A stretch of 64,000 nt of DNA from an uncultured virus (IMG/VR IMGVR_UViG_3300009177_000001) (lineage: Duplodnaviria > Heunggongvirae > Uroviricota > Caudoviricetes): IMG/VR virus record IMGVR_UViG_3300009177_000001. One strand, 5' to 3'. Of the stretch, positions 34,204 through 42,924 are shown piece by piece. Within the stretch, counting starts at the first letter, position 1; each line of letters opens with the position of its first letter. The notes beneath the pieces are model-generated. The model saw only the letters and a program-made list of their open reading frames with translations, searched no databases and was not told the DNA's origin. The translations under genes and the position numbers were made by a program.

Positions 34204-34665
34204 GTGGAGCGGCGGTATCCAAATCCGGCTGCGGTGGCCTACCCGTCCACCCAGCCCCCCAAGTTTCCGTGCCAGCTCACCTCGCGCAACGCTGGCCGGA
34301 TGTACCCGATCCACAACCACAGCGCGTTCCTGGATCGGGAGGGGAACGGGAACACGGACGTCGATGCGGGGCACTTCCATCGCGTCCGTGGTTTCCGCGT
34401 GCTGCCCGACCCGAGCGACGGCCACACGCACGAGCTGACGATGCTCCCGTGCGGCGACGGCGCGCCGTGGCCGACGGGCCGCGAAGGGCCGCTGCAGCTC
34501 GGTGCCGCCGGCGACGTGCACGCGACGCAGCCGGGGGAGGTGGCGCCGCGGGCGATCGACACGTCGATGGGGCGGGTGCCGATCTTGCCGCTGATCCTCG
34601 GAGGGCTGGTCGCCGCCGGTGTAATCGCTGGCGGTGTGTACCTCATGTGCCAGGACGAGCGGTGA
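34204..34665 (+). CDS. His-motif (YmaF-like) protein with C-terminal TM helix
   Basis: HNH, GHFH, GHTH; ILPLILGGLVAAGVIAGGVYL. Confidence 0.6.
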   Translation: MERRYPNPAAVAYPSTQPPKFPCQLTSRNAGRMYPIHNHSAFLDREGNGNTDVDAGHFHRVRGFRVLPDPSDGHTHELTMLPCGDGAPWPTGREGPLQLGAAGDVHATQPGEVAPRAIDTSMGRVPILPLILGGLVAAGVIAGGVYLMCQDER

Positions 34666-34669
34666 CGCG

Positions 34670-34894
34670 ATGATGATCGGATCGGAACGGCCGCTTCCAC
34701 AGCCGCTGCAGCCCGGACCGTCGACGACGGACACGTACATGCAGATCCCGCAGGCGCAGCTGGCCATGATGCTGCGCACGCGCGACGCCGACTACGCCGC
34801 GCTCAAGCAGACCACCATGCGCGTGGGGATCGCCGCTGCCGTGCTCGGAGCGCTGAGCATCGCGCTGGGTATCGCCCACCTCGTACGGAAGTGA
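34670..34894 (+). CDS. small protein with C-terminal TM helix
   Basis: VGIAAAVLGALSIALGIAHLVRK. Confidence 0.6.
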   Translation: MMIGSERPLPQPLQPGPSTTDTYMQIPQAQLAMMLRTRDADYAALKQTTMRVGIAAAVLGALSIALGIAHLVRK

Positions 34895-34901
34895 GGGAGC
34901 G

Positions 34902-35267
34902 ATGACCAAGACACGGATCCTCCAGTACGTCACGCAGGCCGAGCACGCGGTGGCGCGCGGCGACTGCTACACCGCGATGCAGGCCATCACGAACGCCACC
35001 ACAGGCGCCGCCTCGCTGAAGGGCTACGGTGCTTCGGGCGTCCGCAAGCGCGTGGCGCAGGCGTACGCGCGTGTGGCCGGGTCGGGCTGCGTGGGCGAAG
35101 GGCTGCTGCCACCGTCAGGTGAGACGGCCCGCGGCAACACGCCAGATTTCTCAGGCGCCCTGGCGCTGCCGGACACCGTGAGCAAGTTCAAGCACGTCGT
35201 CGGTTTCGCCGCAGCGGTGGTGGGACTGACGATCGGTATCGGCGCGCTCTACAAGTCGGCGAGGTGA
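34902..35267 (+). CDS. protein with C-terminal TM helix
   Basis: GAGGGAG RBS; VVGFAAAVVGLTIGIGALYKSAR. Confidence 0.65.
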   Translation: MTKTRILQYVTQAEHAVARGDCYTAMQAITNATTGAASLKGYGASGVRKRVAQAYARVAGSGCVGEGLLPPSGETARGNTPDFSGALALPDTVSKFKHVVGFAAAVVGLTIGIGALYKSAR

Positions 35268-35334
35268 GCACGACAACGAGAACGGCTGCACCGAGATAAG
35301 GGGTTACCTCGATGCACCCTGCGGAGCAGGGAGA

Positions 35335-35592
35335 ATGGACAGCGCAGATGCCCGCGACCGGACAAATCCGGGAACACGACTCATACTCCGGGAGTTCCTT
35401 GCAGGAGCTGCGCGCGAGCTACAGAAGTGTGCCGGATCTCTCCAGGCGATTGAGCGCCGTATCGACAACGTTCCACCGGATCGCGTTGGAGGTGTGCTCG
35501 ATGACCTCGCCGGCGCCGTCGGAGAAACTGAAGACTTCCTCGCTGATCTCCGTCGGTACCTTGGAGAGCAGGCTCTGACGCTGGGGCGGTGA
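35335..35592 (+). CDS. helical hypothetical protein
   Basis: 85 aa; overlap with next gene. Confidence 0.5.
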   Translation: MDSADARDRTNPGTRLILREFLAGAARELQKCAGSLQAIERRIDNVPPDRVGGVLDDLAGAVGETEDFLADLRRYLGEQALTLGR

Positions 35593-35807
35593 TGGCGCGC
35601 AAGTCCAACATACCGACCGACGACGAGAGGCGTGCCACGCTCACGTACATTGCGAAGCAGCCAGGCACGCCAGGAGTAAGGATGCCTGTGGAGATCGCGC
35701 ATCCGCTGATGGTGCTCGAACGCGCCGGCTGTATCCGCTATAGCCCACACGACGGCTGGCACATCACCCGACTCGGCCAGCACGTGGCTCGCGGTGCTGC
35801 CGCCTAA
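35589..35807 (+). CDS. small wHTH-like protein
   Basis: LERAGCI..GWHITRLG. Confidence 0.5.
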   Translation: MMARKSNIPTDDERRATLTYIAKQPGTPGVRMPVEIAHPLMVLERAGCIRYSPHDGWHITRLGQHVARGAAA

Positions 35808-36262
35808 GCCGGCACGATGCCCGGCAGCGCCCTGCCCTCGCCGCGCTCGACCTTCAGCATCGCCGTGAGGTAGGGATCGCAGGCGTGTAGCGCTGTCGCG
35901 TGGCGGTCCTGCTGCTGTGTGATGAAGGCACGCACCACTGAAGGATCGAGCCCGGAGAGCAGCCGAAGCTTGTCGCGGCCGATCATCTCCTCCGTCGTAT
36001 CGAGCAGCACGAGCGCGTAGGAGGCGTGCGTGAGCCCGACGATGGGGCTCTGGTCCTGGCTCGCGGCGAAGGCGTAGCGACGAATCTGGCGAAGCGCGAC
36101 GCCGGGGTCAGCGCCGGGCAGCGCCGCGAGAGCCGGATCGGCGAAGGCGCCCGAGAAGGGGTGGCGCATGCGCCGGAAGAGGCTGACGATCCAGCCGCGC
36201 TTGTACCAGGCGAGGAGCCCGAGCGCGCCGACCGCCGTGCCGGTGAGAAAGGGGTGCTTCAT
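35804..36262 (-). CDS. protein with N-terminal membrane anchor
   Basis: MKHPFLTGTAVGALGLLAWYKRG; ATGA overlap. Confidence 0.6.
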   Translation of the reverse strand: MKHPFLTGTAVGALGLLAWYKRGWIVSLFRRMRHPFSGAFADPALAALPGADPGVALRQIRRYAFAASQDQSPIVGLTHASYALVLLDTTEEMIGRDKLRLLSGLDPSVVRAFITQQQDRHATALHACDPYLTAMLKVERGEGRALPGIVPA

Positions 36263-36459
36263 CGGCGCGATCCGCCGCAGCGCTTGATGATCAGATCACG
36301 TCGGCGCATGAGCTTCGCGACGACCGGATCGTCGAACAGCCCGCCCTTGCTTCCCACGTAGCCGGTGTAGCCGCGAGCATCGGCGCCGTCGATCGCCTTC
36401 ACAAGCTTGCGCTCGATCGCCTTCATCCGCCCGCTTGCAGCTGCGCACCGTGCCACCAT
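36259..36459 (-). CDS. small basic protein
   Basis: TAGCCT-GGAGGGC-ATG start; coupled to the downstream gene. Confidence 0.45.
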   Translation of the reverse strand: MVARCAAASGRMKAIERKLVKAIDGADARGYTGYVGSKGGLFDDPVVAKLMRRRDLIIKRCGGSRR

Positions 36460-36521
36460 GCCCTCCAGGCTACCGCCACTTCCCCCGCCGATGCAAGCCG
36501 TGGTACGCTCGACGCACCCAC

Positions 36522-37070
36522 GTGGCACAAGAGGTGTACACCATCTCCGGCGCTTTCGATTATCCGGCGTTCGGTGAGATCCCGGGGAACCTCCGCCAGC
36601 TCGATCAGCAGATGCAGGCGCAGGCCGCGAGCCCCGCCGTGCGGCTGCAGAACGCGCTCAAGGCGCTCGGCGTGACGGCGAACGATGCGCTGCTCAAGGC
36701 CATCAAGGTCGACGGCGCCATCGGTCCTGCCACCGTGGCTGGCGTGAACCACGCGCTGGCCCACTACGTGGGCGCGACGCCGGCGTTCCAGAACGCGAAC
36801 CTCACGCTGCCGCGGGTGAAGTCGAACGCCGCAGCCCTCGCCGGCCTCATCGAGTTTCGCGTGCAGAAGAGCGGCGGCAGCGTGCCGGCGCCCGTGATCG
36901 AGCGACCTGCAGCACGCACGCGGCGCGCGTTCGCGCCGATCGTCACTCCAGACGTCACGCCGACGCCGAGCTTCCCGCGATGGGGCTGGTACGTCGTCGC
37001 CGGCGTGTCTGGTCTCGTCGTGCTGGCTGCGTTCGCGAGCGCCGTCAAGAAAAAGCGAGCAACAGCATGA
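36522..37070 (+). CDS. peptidoglycan-binding-like domain protein with C-terminal TM helix
   Basis: VRLQNALKALG..VDGAIGPATVAGV; WGWYVVAGVSGLVVLAAFASAVKKKR. Confidence 0.7.
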   Translation: MAQEVYTISGAFDYPAFGEIPGNLRQLDQQMQAQAASPAVRLQNALKALGVTANDALLKAIKVDGAIGPATVAGVNHALAHYVGATPAFQNANLTLPRVKSNAAALAGLIEFRVQKSGGSVPAPVIERPAARTRRAFAPIVTPDVTPTPSFPRWGWYVVAGVSGLVVLAAFASAVKKKRATA

Positions 37071-37480
37071 GCGTTCGCCTCTTCAACAAGGCGCTCACGT
37101 CGAGCTTCCAGGCCAGCAGCGCGCTGCTGGTCGCGACAGACACCGTGGTGCTAGATTTCTTCATCGACGTCGGCAGCGACGTCGTGATCCAGTGGTATCT
37201 GGAGTTCTCCGAAGATCCGAGCGATACGACCGGCTGGGCCCGTGAGGTGACGCAAGAGGTGACGGGGCAGGGTGCCGTCGGGCATTTCCTCGCGCTCCGC
37301 ACGTTCTATCCGAATGGCAGTACGGGTCCGCTCACCGCCGTCGGTTCGCCCTACGCGCTGGAGACCGAGTTCGTGCGTCGGGCGAAGTTCGCACGCGCGC
37401 AGATCAAGGCCGTATCAGGCGCTGCGGATGTCGAGATCATCGCGCCGTTCGGCTCTCCCGTCGTCATGGTGGCGCCGTAA
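37067..37480 (+). CDS. beta-rich putative structural protein
   Basis: Alternating hydrophobic strand pattern; ATGA overlap. Confidence 0.55.
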   Translation: MSVRLFNKALTSSFQASSALLVATDTVVLDFFIDVGSDVVIQWYLEFSEDPSDTTGWAREVTQEVTGQGAVGHFLALRTFYPNGSTGPLTAVGSPYALETEFVRRAKFARAQIKAVSGAADVEIIAPFGSPVVMVAP

Positions 37481-37549
37481 GCGGCCAGCACGCCAGCAGC
37501 CCAGCACGAGGGTTGCTAACCAGCTGGCACGGCGATAGAGTCGCCTTCG

Positions 37550-37969
37550 ATGCTGCTCGTCGTCACCGGCACGATCCACATCGAGGGTGGTGAGCGAAAC
37601 ACCGTCGTGAAGGCGGCGAAGGGCGCGCGCGGCGGTCGCATCGTGCTCGACCGTAAGGTGTCGGCCGACCGGCTCGCGGCGAACGTCATCACGACCGACT
37701 ACATGCGGCGACTGCGGGGGATCGCGCTCATGCGCACCCCGTTCGGGGTGCTGGTGCCGGGTGAGAAGCGCGCCGAGCTGAAGGCGCTGCTTGCGCACAC
37801 GGACAAGCGCATCCGCGCGTACGCCAAGGGCAAGCGCGCGTGCACGATCACGAACTGCGTGGTGTTCGAGGATCTGTGCTGTGAGCGCCAGGAAGCGATC
37901 GAGGCGTGGGCGAAGAAGTCCTGCCGGAAGCGCGAGGCGCAGCCGCTACTCACCGCGATGGCGGCTTGA
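37550..37969 (+). CDS. hypothetical protein
   Basis: 139 aa basic ORF. Confidence 0.55.
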   Translation: MLLVVTGTIHIEGGERNTVVKAAKGARGGRIVLDRKVSADRLAANVITTDYMRRLRGIALMRTPFGVLVPGEKRAELKALLAHTDKRIRAYAKGKRACTITNCVVFEDLCCERQEAIEAWAKKSCRKREAQPLLTAMAA

Positions 37970-38264
37970 CTCCCGGAATGTACGTGTTGCAGACGGCGCA
38001 GAGCTGCTGCAGCCGATCGAAGTAAGGGACGTTCGCACTACACACGGTGCACCATGCGACAGGCAGGTCAGCAACACCACGCGTGTTAAGCGCCCAAGCG
38101 CTGATAGCCGCGTGCGTGGTCCAGCACGTTAGTAGCTCAGGAACGAGTGCTCGTGCAGCGTGGTCGGATGCCCCATCGCACAACCCGCGCGTCTCGCCTT
38201 CCACAAGCTGAATCGTGTGCTTTCCGTCGTTCACGAGCACGCACGGAACGAGCAGCGTCTTCAC
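37950..38264 (-). CDS. hypothetical protein with C-terminal zinc ribbon
   Basis: GTGA overlap with dam stop; CTVC..CAVC. Confidence 0.45.
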   Translation of the reverse strand: MKTLLVPCVLVNDGKHTIQLVEGETRGLCDGASDHAARALVPELLTCWTTHAAISAWALNTRGVADLPVAWCTVCSANVPYFDRLQQLCAVCNTYIPGVKPPSR

Positions 38265-39082
38265 CAAATCAGCGACTCCATGATCGCTCCACGGCCATCT
38301 GCCTTCGAGTTCACGCTCCGGCGTGCCGGCACCTTCTCGATCGTGAATCCCGCGTAGAGCTGCTCGATCACCGGCGCCGTCGAGTTCGAGAGGAGCACGT
38401 GCACGCCCTGTTCGGTTTTGAGCTTCCACGCCAGGTCACGCAGCGCCACCTGCTCGGCGTGGCCGAAGCCTTCCGCGGTGTACGCCGTGAAGCTGCTGGT
38501 GGCGGTCAGCGGGACATAGGGCGGGTCGGCGTACCAGAACGCATCGTTGCGGACGTTAGCGGGGCACATCGTACGGAAGTCGCGCTCTACAATCTGCGCG
38601 CGCTTCAGCACCACGGAGCACGCACGCAGGTTGTCCTCGTCGCAGATCATCGGAGGTGACTTGGATTTCCCAATCGGCACGTTGAACGCGCCCGAGCTGT
38701 TCACGCGCCACAGCCCGTTGAAGCATGTCTTGTTGAGGTAGATCATACGTGCGGCGGCATCGACATCGGGCCACGTCGCGTCCGACAGCCCGCGCACGTG
38801 ATAGTAGAACGGCGCGCCGTGCAGCGCATGCTCTTCGGCATAGCGCTTCAGCAGCCGAATCACCTGCTCCACGTCGTCGCGCACGGCCGTGTACGTGCGC
38901 ACTAGCGTCCTGTTCGTGTCGCTAAGGAAGGCGCATCGCGGTTGCAGAGCGAAGAAGAGCGCGCCGCCGCCAAGGAACGGCTCGTAGTAGAGGACCGGAT
39001 CCTTCGGCGCACGCTTGCGCAGCTCGGGCAGGAGTTGCCGCTTCCCACCACTCCACTTGAGAAACGGCCGCGCGTCGCTCAT
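38261..39082 (-). CDS. dam: DNA adenine methyltransferase (Dam/D12 class)
   Basis: FLKWSGGKRQL, EPFLGGGA, YLNKTCFNGL, YADPPY, LSNS. Confidence 0.95.
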   Translation of the reverse strand: MSDARPFLKWSGGKRQLLPELRKRAPKDPVLYYEPFLGGGALFFALQPRCAFLSDTNRTLVRTYTAVRDDVEQVIRLLKRYAEEHALHGAPFYYHVRGLSDATWPDVDAAARMIYLNKTCFNGLWRVNSSGAFNVPIGKSKSPPMICDEDNLRACSVVLKRAQIVERDFRTMCPANVRNDAFWYADPPYVPLTATSSFTAYTAEGFGHAEQVALRDLAWKLKTEQGVHVLLSNSTAPVIEQLYAGFTIEKVPARRSVNSKADGRGAIMESLIW

Positions 39083-39426
39083 CGAATCGCCGTTTTCAGC
39101 ATCTCGGCCGCGGTGTCGAACACGAGGTGGTGCCCCTTCAGCTTCGAGGCGTCGTACAGCCCAAGGCGTTCGCAGATCCGCATCATCTGTGTAGGCGCCT
39201 CGTGCTTCTCAGCGAAGATCAGCGCGCCGGCGCAGTGCTGTGATTCCGCGGTCACGACCGTCTCGCCGTCGTCGTCTTCGCCTAGCGTCCTGTGGCATGC
39301 GAAATCGCCAGTACCCTTCTGCAAAAAGATTCGCGTGATCCCGCGGGTGCGCTCGCGGCGAAGGCGCATGCCGCCCTTTCGCAAGAAAGGACAGTCGCGG
39401 CAGGGGCTGCGCAGCTCGTACTTCAC
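39079..39426 (-). CDS. Cys-motif phage protein
   Basis: PCRDCPF..FACH..HCAGA. Confidence 0.65.
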   Translation of the reverse strand: MKYELRSPCRDCPFLRKGGMRLRRERTRGITRIFLQKGTGDFACHRTLGEDDDGETVVTAESQHCAGALIFAEKHEAPTQMMRICERLGLYDASKLKGHHLVFDTAAEMLKTAIR

Positions 39427-39797
39427 AGGTGCACGTGCCGTCCGTCGCAGAGCACGCGATCGACGTAGTACCCACGTTCCGGATCGCCCTCCGTGTAGCG
39501 CGTGGCGAAGCACCCCGGGTGGTCGCGGTACGTCCGCTTGCACGTCTCGCACACGACGTTCCCGTCCGCCCGGAACGTCTCGGCATCGCACCCGTCGTGG
39601 CACTTCGCCTCGTAGCGCGCGCACCAGAGCGAGCCATCGCGCCGGTACGCGGGACCCACTTTTCCTCCACAGGCGGAGCAGTTGTAAGCGTCGAGATCCG
39701 GACACGTTTCGTACCGCCGTCCACAGGCAAGGCAGACGTAGGGGCGCTGCGGATCGTCTAGGAGCGCCTGGCGGAAGGCGTCGGTGCGCCGGTCCAT
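39423..39797 (-). CDS. Cys-rich hypothetical protein
   Basis: Several CxxC pairs; coupled at both ends. Confidence 0.5.
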   Translation of the reverse strand: MDRRTDAFRQALLDDPQRPYVCLACGRRYETCPDLDAYNCSACGGKVGPAYRRDGSLWCARYEAKCHDGCDAETFRADGNVVCETCKRTYRDHPGCFATRYTEGDPERGYYVDRVLCDGRHVHL

Positions 39798-40423
39798 CAC
39801 CCCTCCGGCGTGAGCGAGGTGGCTGTCATCGTGTAGCGTGCTGCACAGCGGGTGCACGTACGGACGCTCGCACGGATTCCCGGCGTGGCCGACGACAGCA
39901 GCTCGCCGCACTTGCACACCCAGCGCTCGTACCGCGCGGGACTTCCGATCACGAGCGCGTACGGCGTCACGGGTCGCGTGACCACAGCGCCGGCGCCGAC
40001 CATCGCGTATTCCCCGATCGTGACGCCGCAGACGATCGTGGCGTTGGCGCCGATGGAAGCCCCGCGGCCCACGTGCGTTTCCTTGAATTCCGCCCGGCGG
40101 TCCACGAAGGCGCGGGGCGTGAGCACGTTCGTGAAGACGACGTGCGGTCCCACGAACACGTCGGGGTGGAGCGTGACGCCCGCGAAGAGCTGCACCCCGT
40201 TCTGGATTTTGCAGCGATCGTGGATCACGACGCGCGCGCCGATGTGGACGTACTGGCCGATTGTGCAGTCTTTCCCGATCTTGCAGTCTTCACCGATGTA
40301 CACGCCATGCCAGATGCTGGTGCCGTCACCGACGGCGATGCCACGCTGGCGCAGCTCGGGCACGCGGACGCCTTCGAGTACGCCCAGCACGAATCCAGCG
40401 TGCACGTGAACGCCTTCGCTCAC
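39797..40423 (-). CDS. hexapeptide-repeat sugar N-acetyltransferase (WbpD/WxcM-like)
   Basis: IWH, IGEDCKIG, KIQNGV, FVGPHVVFTN, GASIGANATIVCG. Confidence 0.92.
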   Translation of the reverse strand: MSEGVHVHAGFVLGVLEGVRVPELRQRGIAVGDGTSIWHGVYIGEDCKIGKDCTIGQYVHIGARVVIHDRCKIQNGVQLFAGVTLHPDVFVGPHVVFTNVLTPRAFVDRRAEFKETHVGRGASIGANATIVCGVTIGEYAMVGAGAVVTRPVTPYALVIGSPARYERWVCKCGELLSSATPGIRASVRTCTRCAARYTMTATSLTPEG

Positions 40424-41505
40424 TGTGGTGCCTTCTCGAAGGCCACCGCCACAGCTTCAGCGTCCGCGAGTGTCATCCCGTACCACACCGGCAGGTTCAG
40501 GACGTGCTGGCAGTGCAGCTTGCTGAAGAGCAGCTCGCCGAACCGCAGCGCCTCCGTGGCGCCCGTCTGGTCTGATACCGCCACCGGGTACACGCGTCCG
40601 CACGTGACGCCTAGCTCGCGCATGCGATCGTGGCGGGGGTCGTACGGGTGCATGATGTTTAGGTAGCCGTTCTCCGTCACGTCGTTCGGAGGACGCTTGG
40701 CAGCGAGCCGCTGCTGGTAGAAGCGCACGATTCGTTGGCGGTCAGCGATGACGCGTTCCTCGGCGATCTTCGTCGCGTGAAGCACGTAGGCCGCATTGAT
40801 CCCGCTCATGCGCGAATTCCATCCGACCAGCGCGTGCTCGTAGTGGCCCGTGCGTCCGTGATCTGCGAGCAGCCGGACGCCTTCGGCCGTGACGGGATCA
40901 TTCGTGAGCACGGCGCCGCCGTCGCCGAGCCCGCCGACCACCTTCGCCGGGTGGAAGCTGAGCGTGATCACCTCCGCTTCGGAGAACACAGACTGGCCCC
41001 GGATCAGCGTGCCGTACGCCTGTGCACCATCCTCGATGAGCGTGATGCCGTGCTCGCGGCAGTAGGTGCGGAACTCGGTCAGCCGTGTGCTCGTCCAACC
41101 GAAGAGGTGCACGAAGATCGCGGCCTTGAAGCGGTGCTGCTTGTGGGCGCGCTTGAATTCGTCGAACGACATCTGCAGGTCGTCCGGATCGATGTCGATG
41201 AGCAGCGGGCGAGCACCGGCGTGGACGACGGCCTCGTACGTAGCCCAGAACGTGACGTTCGGCATCGCGACGCACTGGTCGCCTCCGATGTTGTACGCCG
41301 CGAGCGCCAGCGTGAGCGCCGAGGTGCCTGACGCACAGGTGATGGCGTGGCGTACGCCGAGCTGCTGGCAGAGCTGCTGTTCGAGCGCCTGCACGTGGAA
41401 ACCGCGGCTGACGAACTCCGTGTTGTCGAGAATCTCGCCGAGGCTCTGCATGATCTTCGGGCGCAGCTCGTCGGCAAGGGGGCGAAGGTTGATGAACGGA
41501 ATCAC
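40420..41505 (-). CDS. DegT/DnrJ/EryC1/StrS sugar aminotransferase
   Basis: SGTSAL, VHLFG, IEDGAQA, SFHPAK..G..GDGG, GWNSRM. Confidence 0.95.
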   Translation of the reverse strand: MIPFINLRPLADELRPKIMQSLGEILDNTEFVSRGFHVQALEQQLCQQLGVRHAITCASGTSALTLALAAYNIGGDQCVAMPNVTFWATYEAVVHAGARPLLIDIDPDDLQMSFDEFKRAHKQHRFKAAIFVHLFGWTSTRLTEFRTYCREHGITLIEDGAQAYGTLIRGQSVFSEAEVITLSFHPAKVVGGLGDGGAVLTNDPVTAEGVRLLADHGRTGHYEHALVGWNSRMSGINAAYVLHATKIAEERVIADRQRIVRFYQQRLAAKRPPNDVTENGYLNIMHPYDPRHDRMRELGVTCGRVYPVAVSDQTGATEALRFGELLFSKLHCQHVLNLPVWYGMTLADAEAVAVAFEKAPQ

Positions 41506-41564
41506 AGCCTACGAGGCTACACGCGTGCTTGCCAACTGTCCAGCATCCCTGATAGCGTCCGTGC

Positions 41565-42752
41565 ATGCCCACGACCATCCACCTGATCGCCCCGCACCAC
41601 ACGGTCTTGAACGACGAGCACAGCCACTGCGCCTTCACCGGGAAGGCGCGGCGCTTCGCGAAGATGATGCACCTGGTAGGTCGCGGGGTCTTCGGCGGCC
41701 CGTTCGTGCACAAGTACAACATCATCGAGTACGCGAACGAGGGCTCGATGTCCGAGGCCGACGAGAAGGTCGTGATGCTGAACGCGGCCGAGTACAAGAA
41801 GTTCTACAAGCACGAGACGAATAGCCCCGGCGCGCAGTCGAACGTGGATCTCCCCGGAGCGCGGCTCTTCCGCCAGCGGCTCGAAGCGGCGCTCGCCGAT
41901 CGCGCCAAGGTCGGCGACATCTGCGGGCACATCTGGGCGGCGCACTCGCCGATGGTGCAGCGGTTCCCCGGGCTCATCCACATCGAGACGGGTATCGGCT
42001 ACCCGCAGGGCAGTTTCGGCGCCTACCGGATCTTCGAGAGCGAGGCGTGGCGCCACTACCAGTGGGGGCGCATCGGTTCGCATGGAGGCGTGATGCCCGG
42101 CTGTGAAGTCCATCCGCAGGGCATCGACACCAACACCGCGCGCACGTGGGTGGTCCCGAACTACTTCGATCTCGATGACTGGCCGGTGGTGAGCGAGCGC
42201 CCGGCCGCGGAGAGCGACTACGTGGTGTTCATGTCCCGCTTCGTCGTCGACAAGGGGATCGTGATGCTCGCCCGCGTGATCAAGGCGTGGTGCAAGAAGC
42301 ACCCCGAGTCGGTGCTGCGCTTCAAGCTCGCAGGCATGGGTGGCTACGCGCAGTGGCTGGTCGACTCGGACTTCACGCCGGCCGAGCTGGGCCGCATCGA
42401 TTATGTCGGCGTGGTGAACGGGCGTGATCGCGCGAAGCTGATCGGCGGAGCGCGCGCGATGCTCCTGCCGACGATCTTCGTCGAGCCGTTCGGCGGCGCC
42501 GCTGTCGAGGCCATGCTGTGCGGGACGCCGGCGATCACGTCCGATTTCGGCGCGTTCACGGAGACTGTATGGCCAGAGACGGGCTTTCGCTGCCGCACCG
42601 TCGACGACTACGTGGCCGCGATCGAGGGCGCGGCGCACATGCACCGAGGCGAAGTCGCCGAGCTGACGCGCAACCGCTACTCGCTCGAAGCCTGCGCGGA
42701 GAAGTACGACAAGATCTTCGAGGAGCTTGTGACGCACCCGTACGCCTCTTGA
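41565..42752 (+). CDS. GT-B glycosyltransferase, GT4-like
   Basis: SRFVVDKG, EPFGGAAVEAMLCGTP (EX7E); TTGCCA-N18-TAGCGT 6 nt before ATG. Confidence 0.9.
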   Translation: MPTTIHLIAPHHTVLNDEHSHCAFTGKARRFAKMMHLVGRGVFGGPFVHKYNIIEYANEGSMSEADEKVVMLNAAEYKKFYKHETNSPGAQSNVDLPGARLFRQRLEAALADRAKVGDICGHIWAAHSPMVQRFPGLIHIETGIGYPQGSFGAYRIFESEAWRHYQWGRIGSHGGVMPGCEVHPQGIDTNTARTWVVPNYFDLDDWPVVSERPAAESDYVVFMSRFVVDKGIVMLARVIKAWCKKHPESVLRFKLAGMGGYAQWLVDSDFTPAELGRIDYVGVVNGRDRAKLIGGARAMLLPTIFVEPFGGAAVEAMLCGTPAITSDFGAFTETVWPETGFRCRTVDDYVAAIEGAAHMHRGEVAELTRNRYSLEACAEKYDKIFEELVTHPYAS

Positions 42753-42831
42753 CAGGCGGTCGCCAGCCCGGCGATCCTTCTCGTGACATAGGGGTGCGCG
42801 TCGGCGCGCCCCACCCGCGACCAGAGAAACT

Positions 42832-42879
42832 GGCGCCTCATCGGAGAGCTTCGCGCTCCTCCGAAGGGGCGCCTTTTTT
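42832..42879 (+). terminator. intrinsic terminator-like hairpin nested in a larger structured leader
   Basis: GGCGCCTC/GGGGCGCC stem with inner hairpin, then T6. Confidence 0.75.
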
Positions 42880-42924
42880 CGTTTCTGGCCGCGCACCGCA
42901 CGAGGAGGCGCTCCAGCAGACGAA

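Noticed and set aside
38261..39082. Restriction-modification system or GATC enrichment as a signal
   Set aside because: No cognate endonuclease is adjacent; frequent GATC may simply reflect ATC/GAT codons in GC-rich genes and was not counted.
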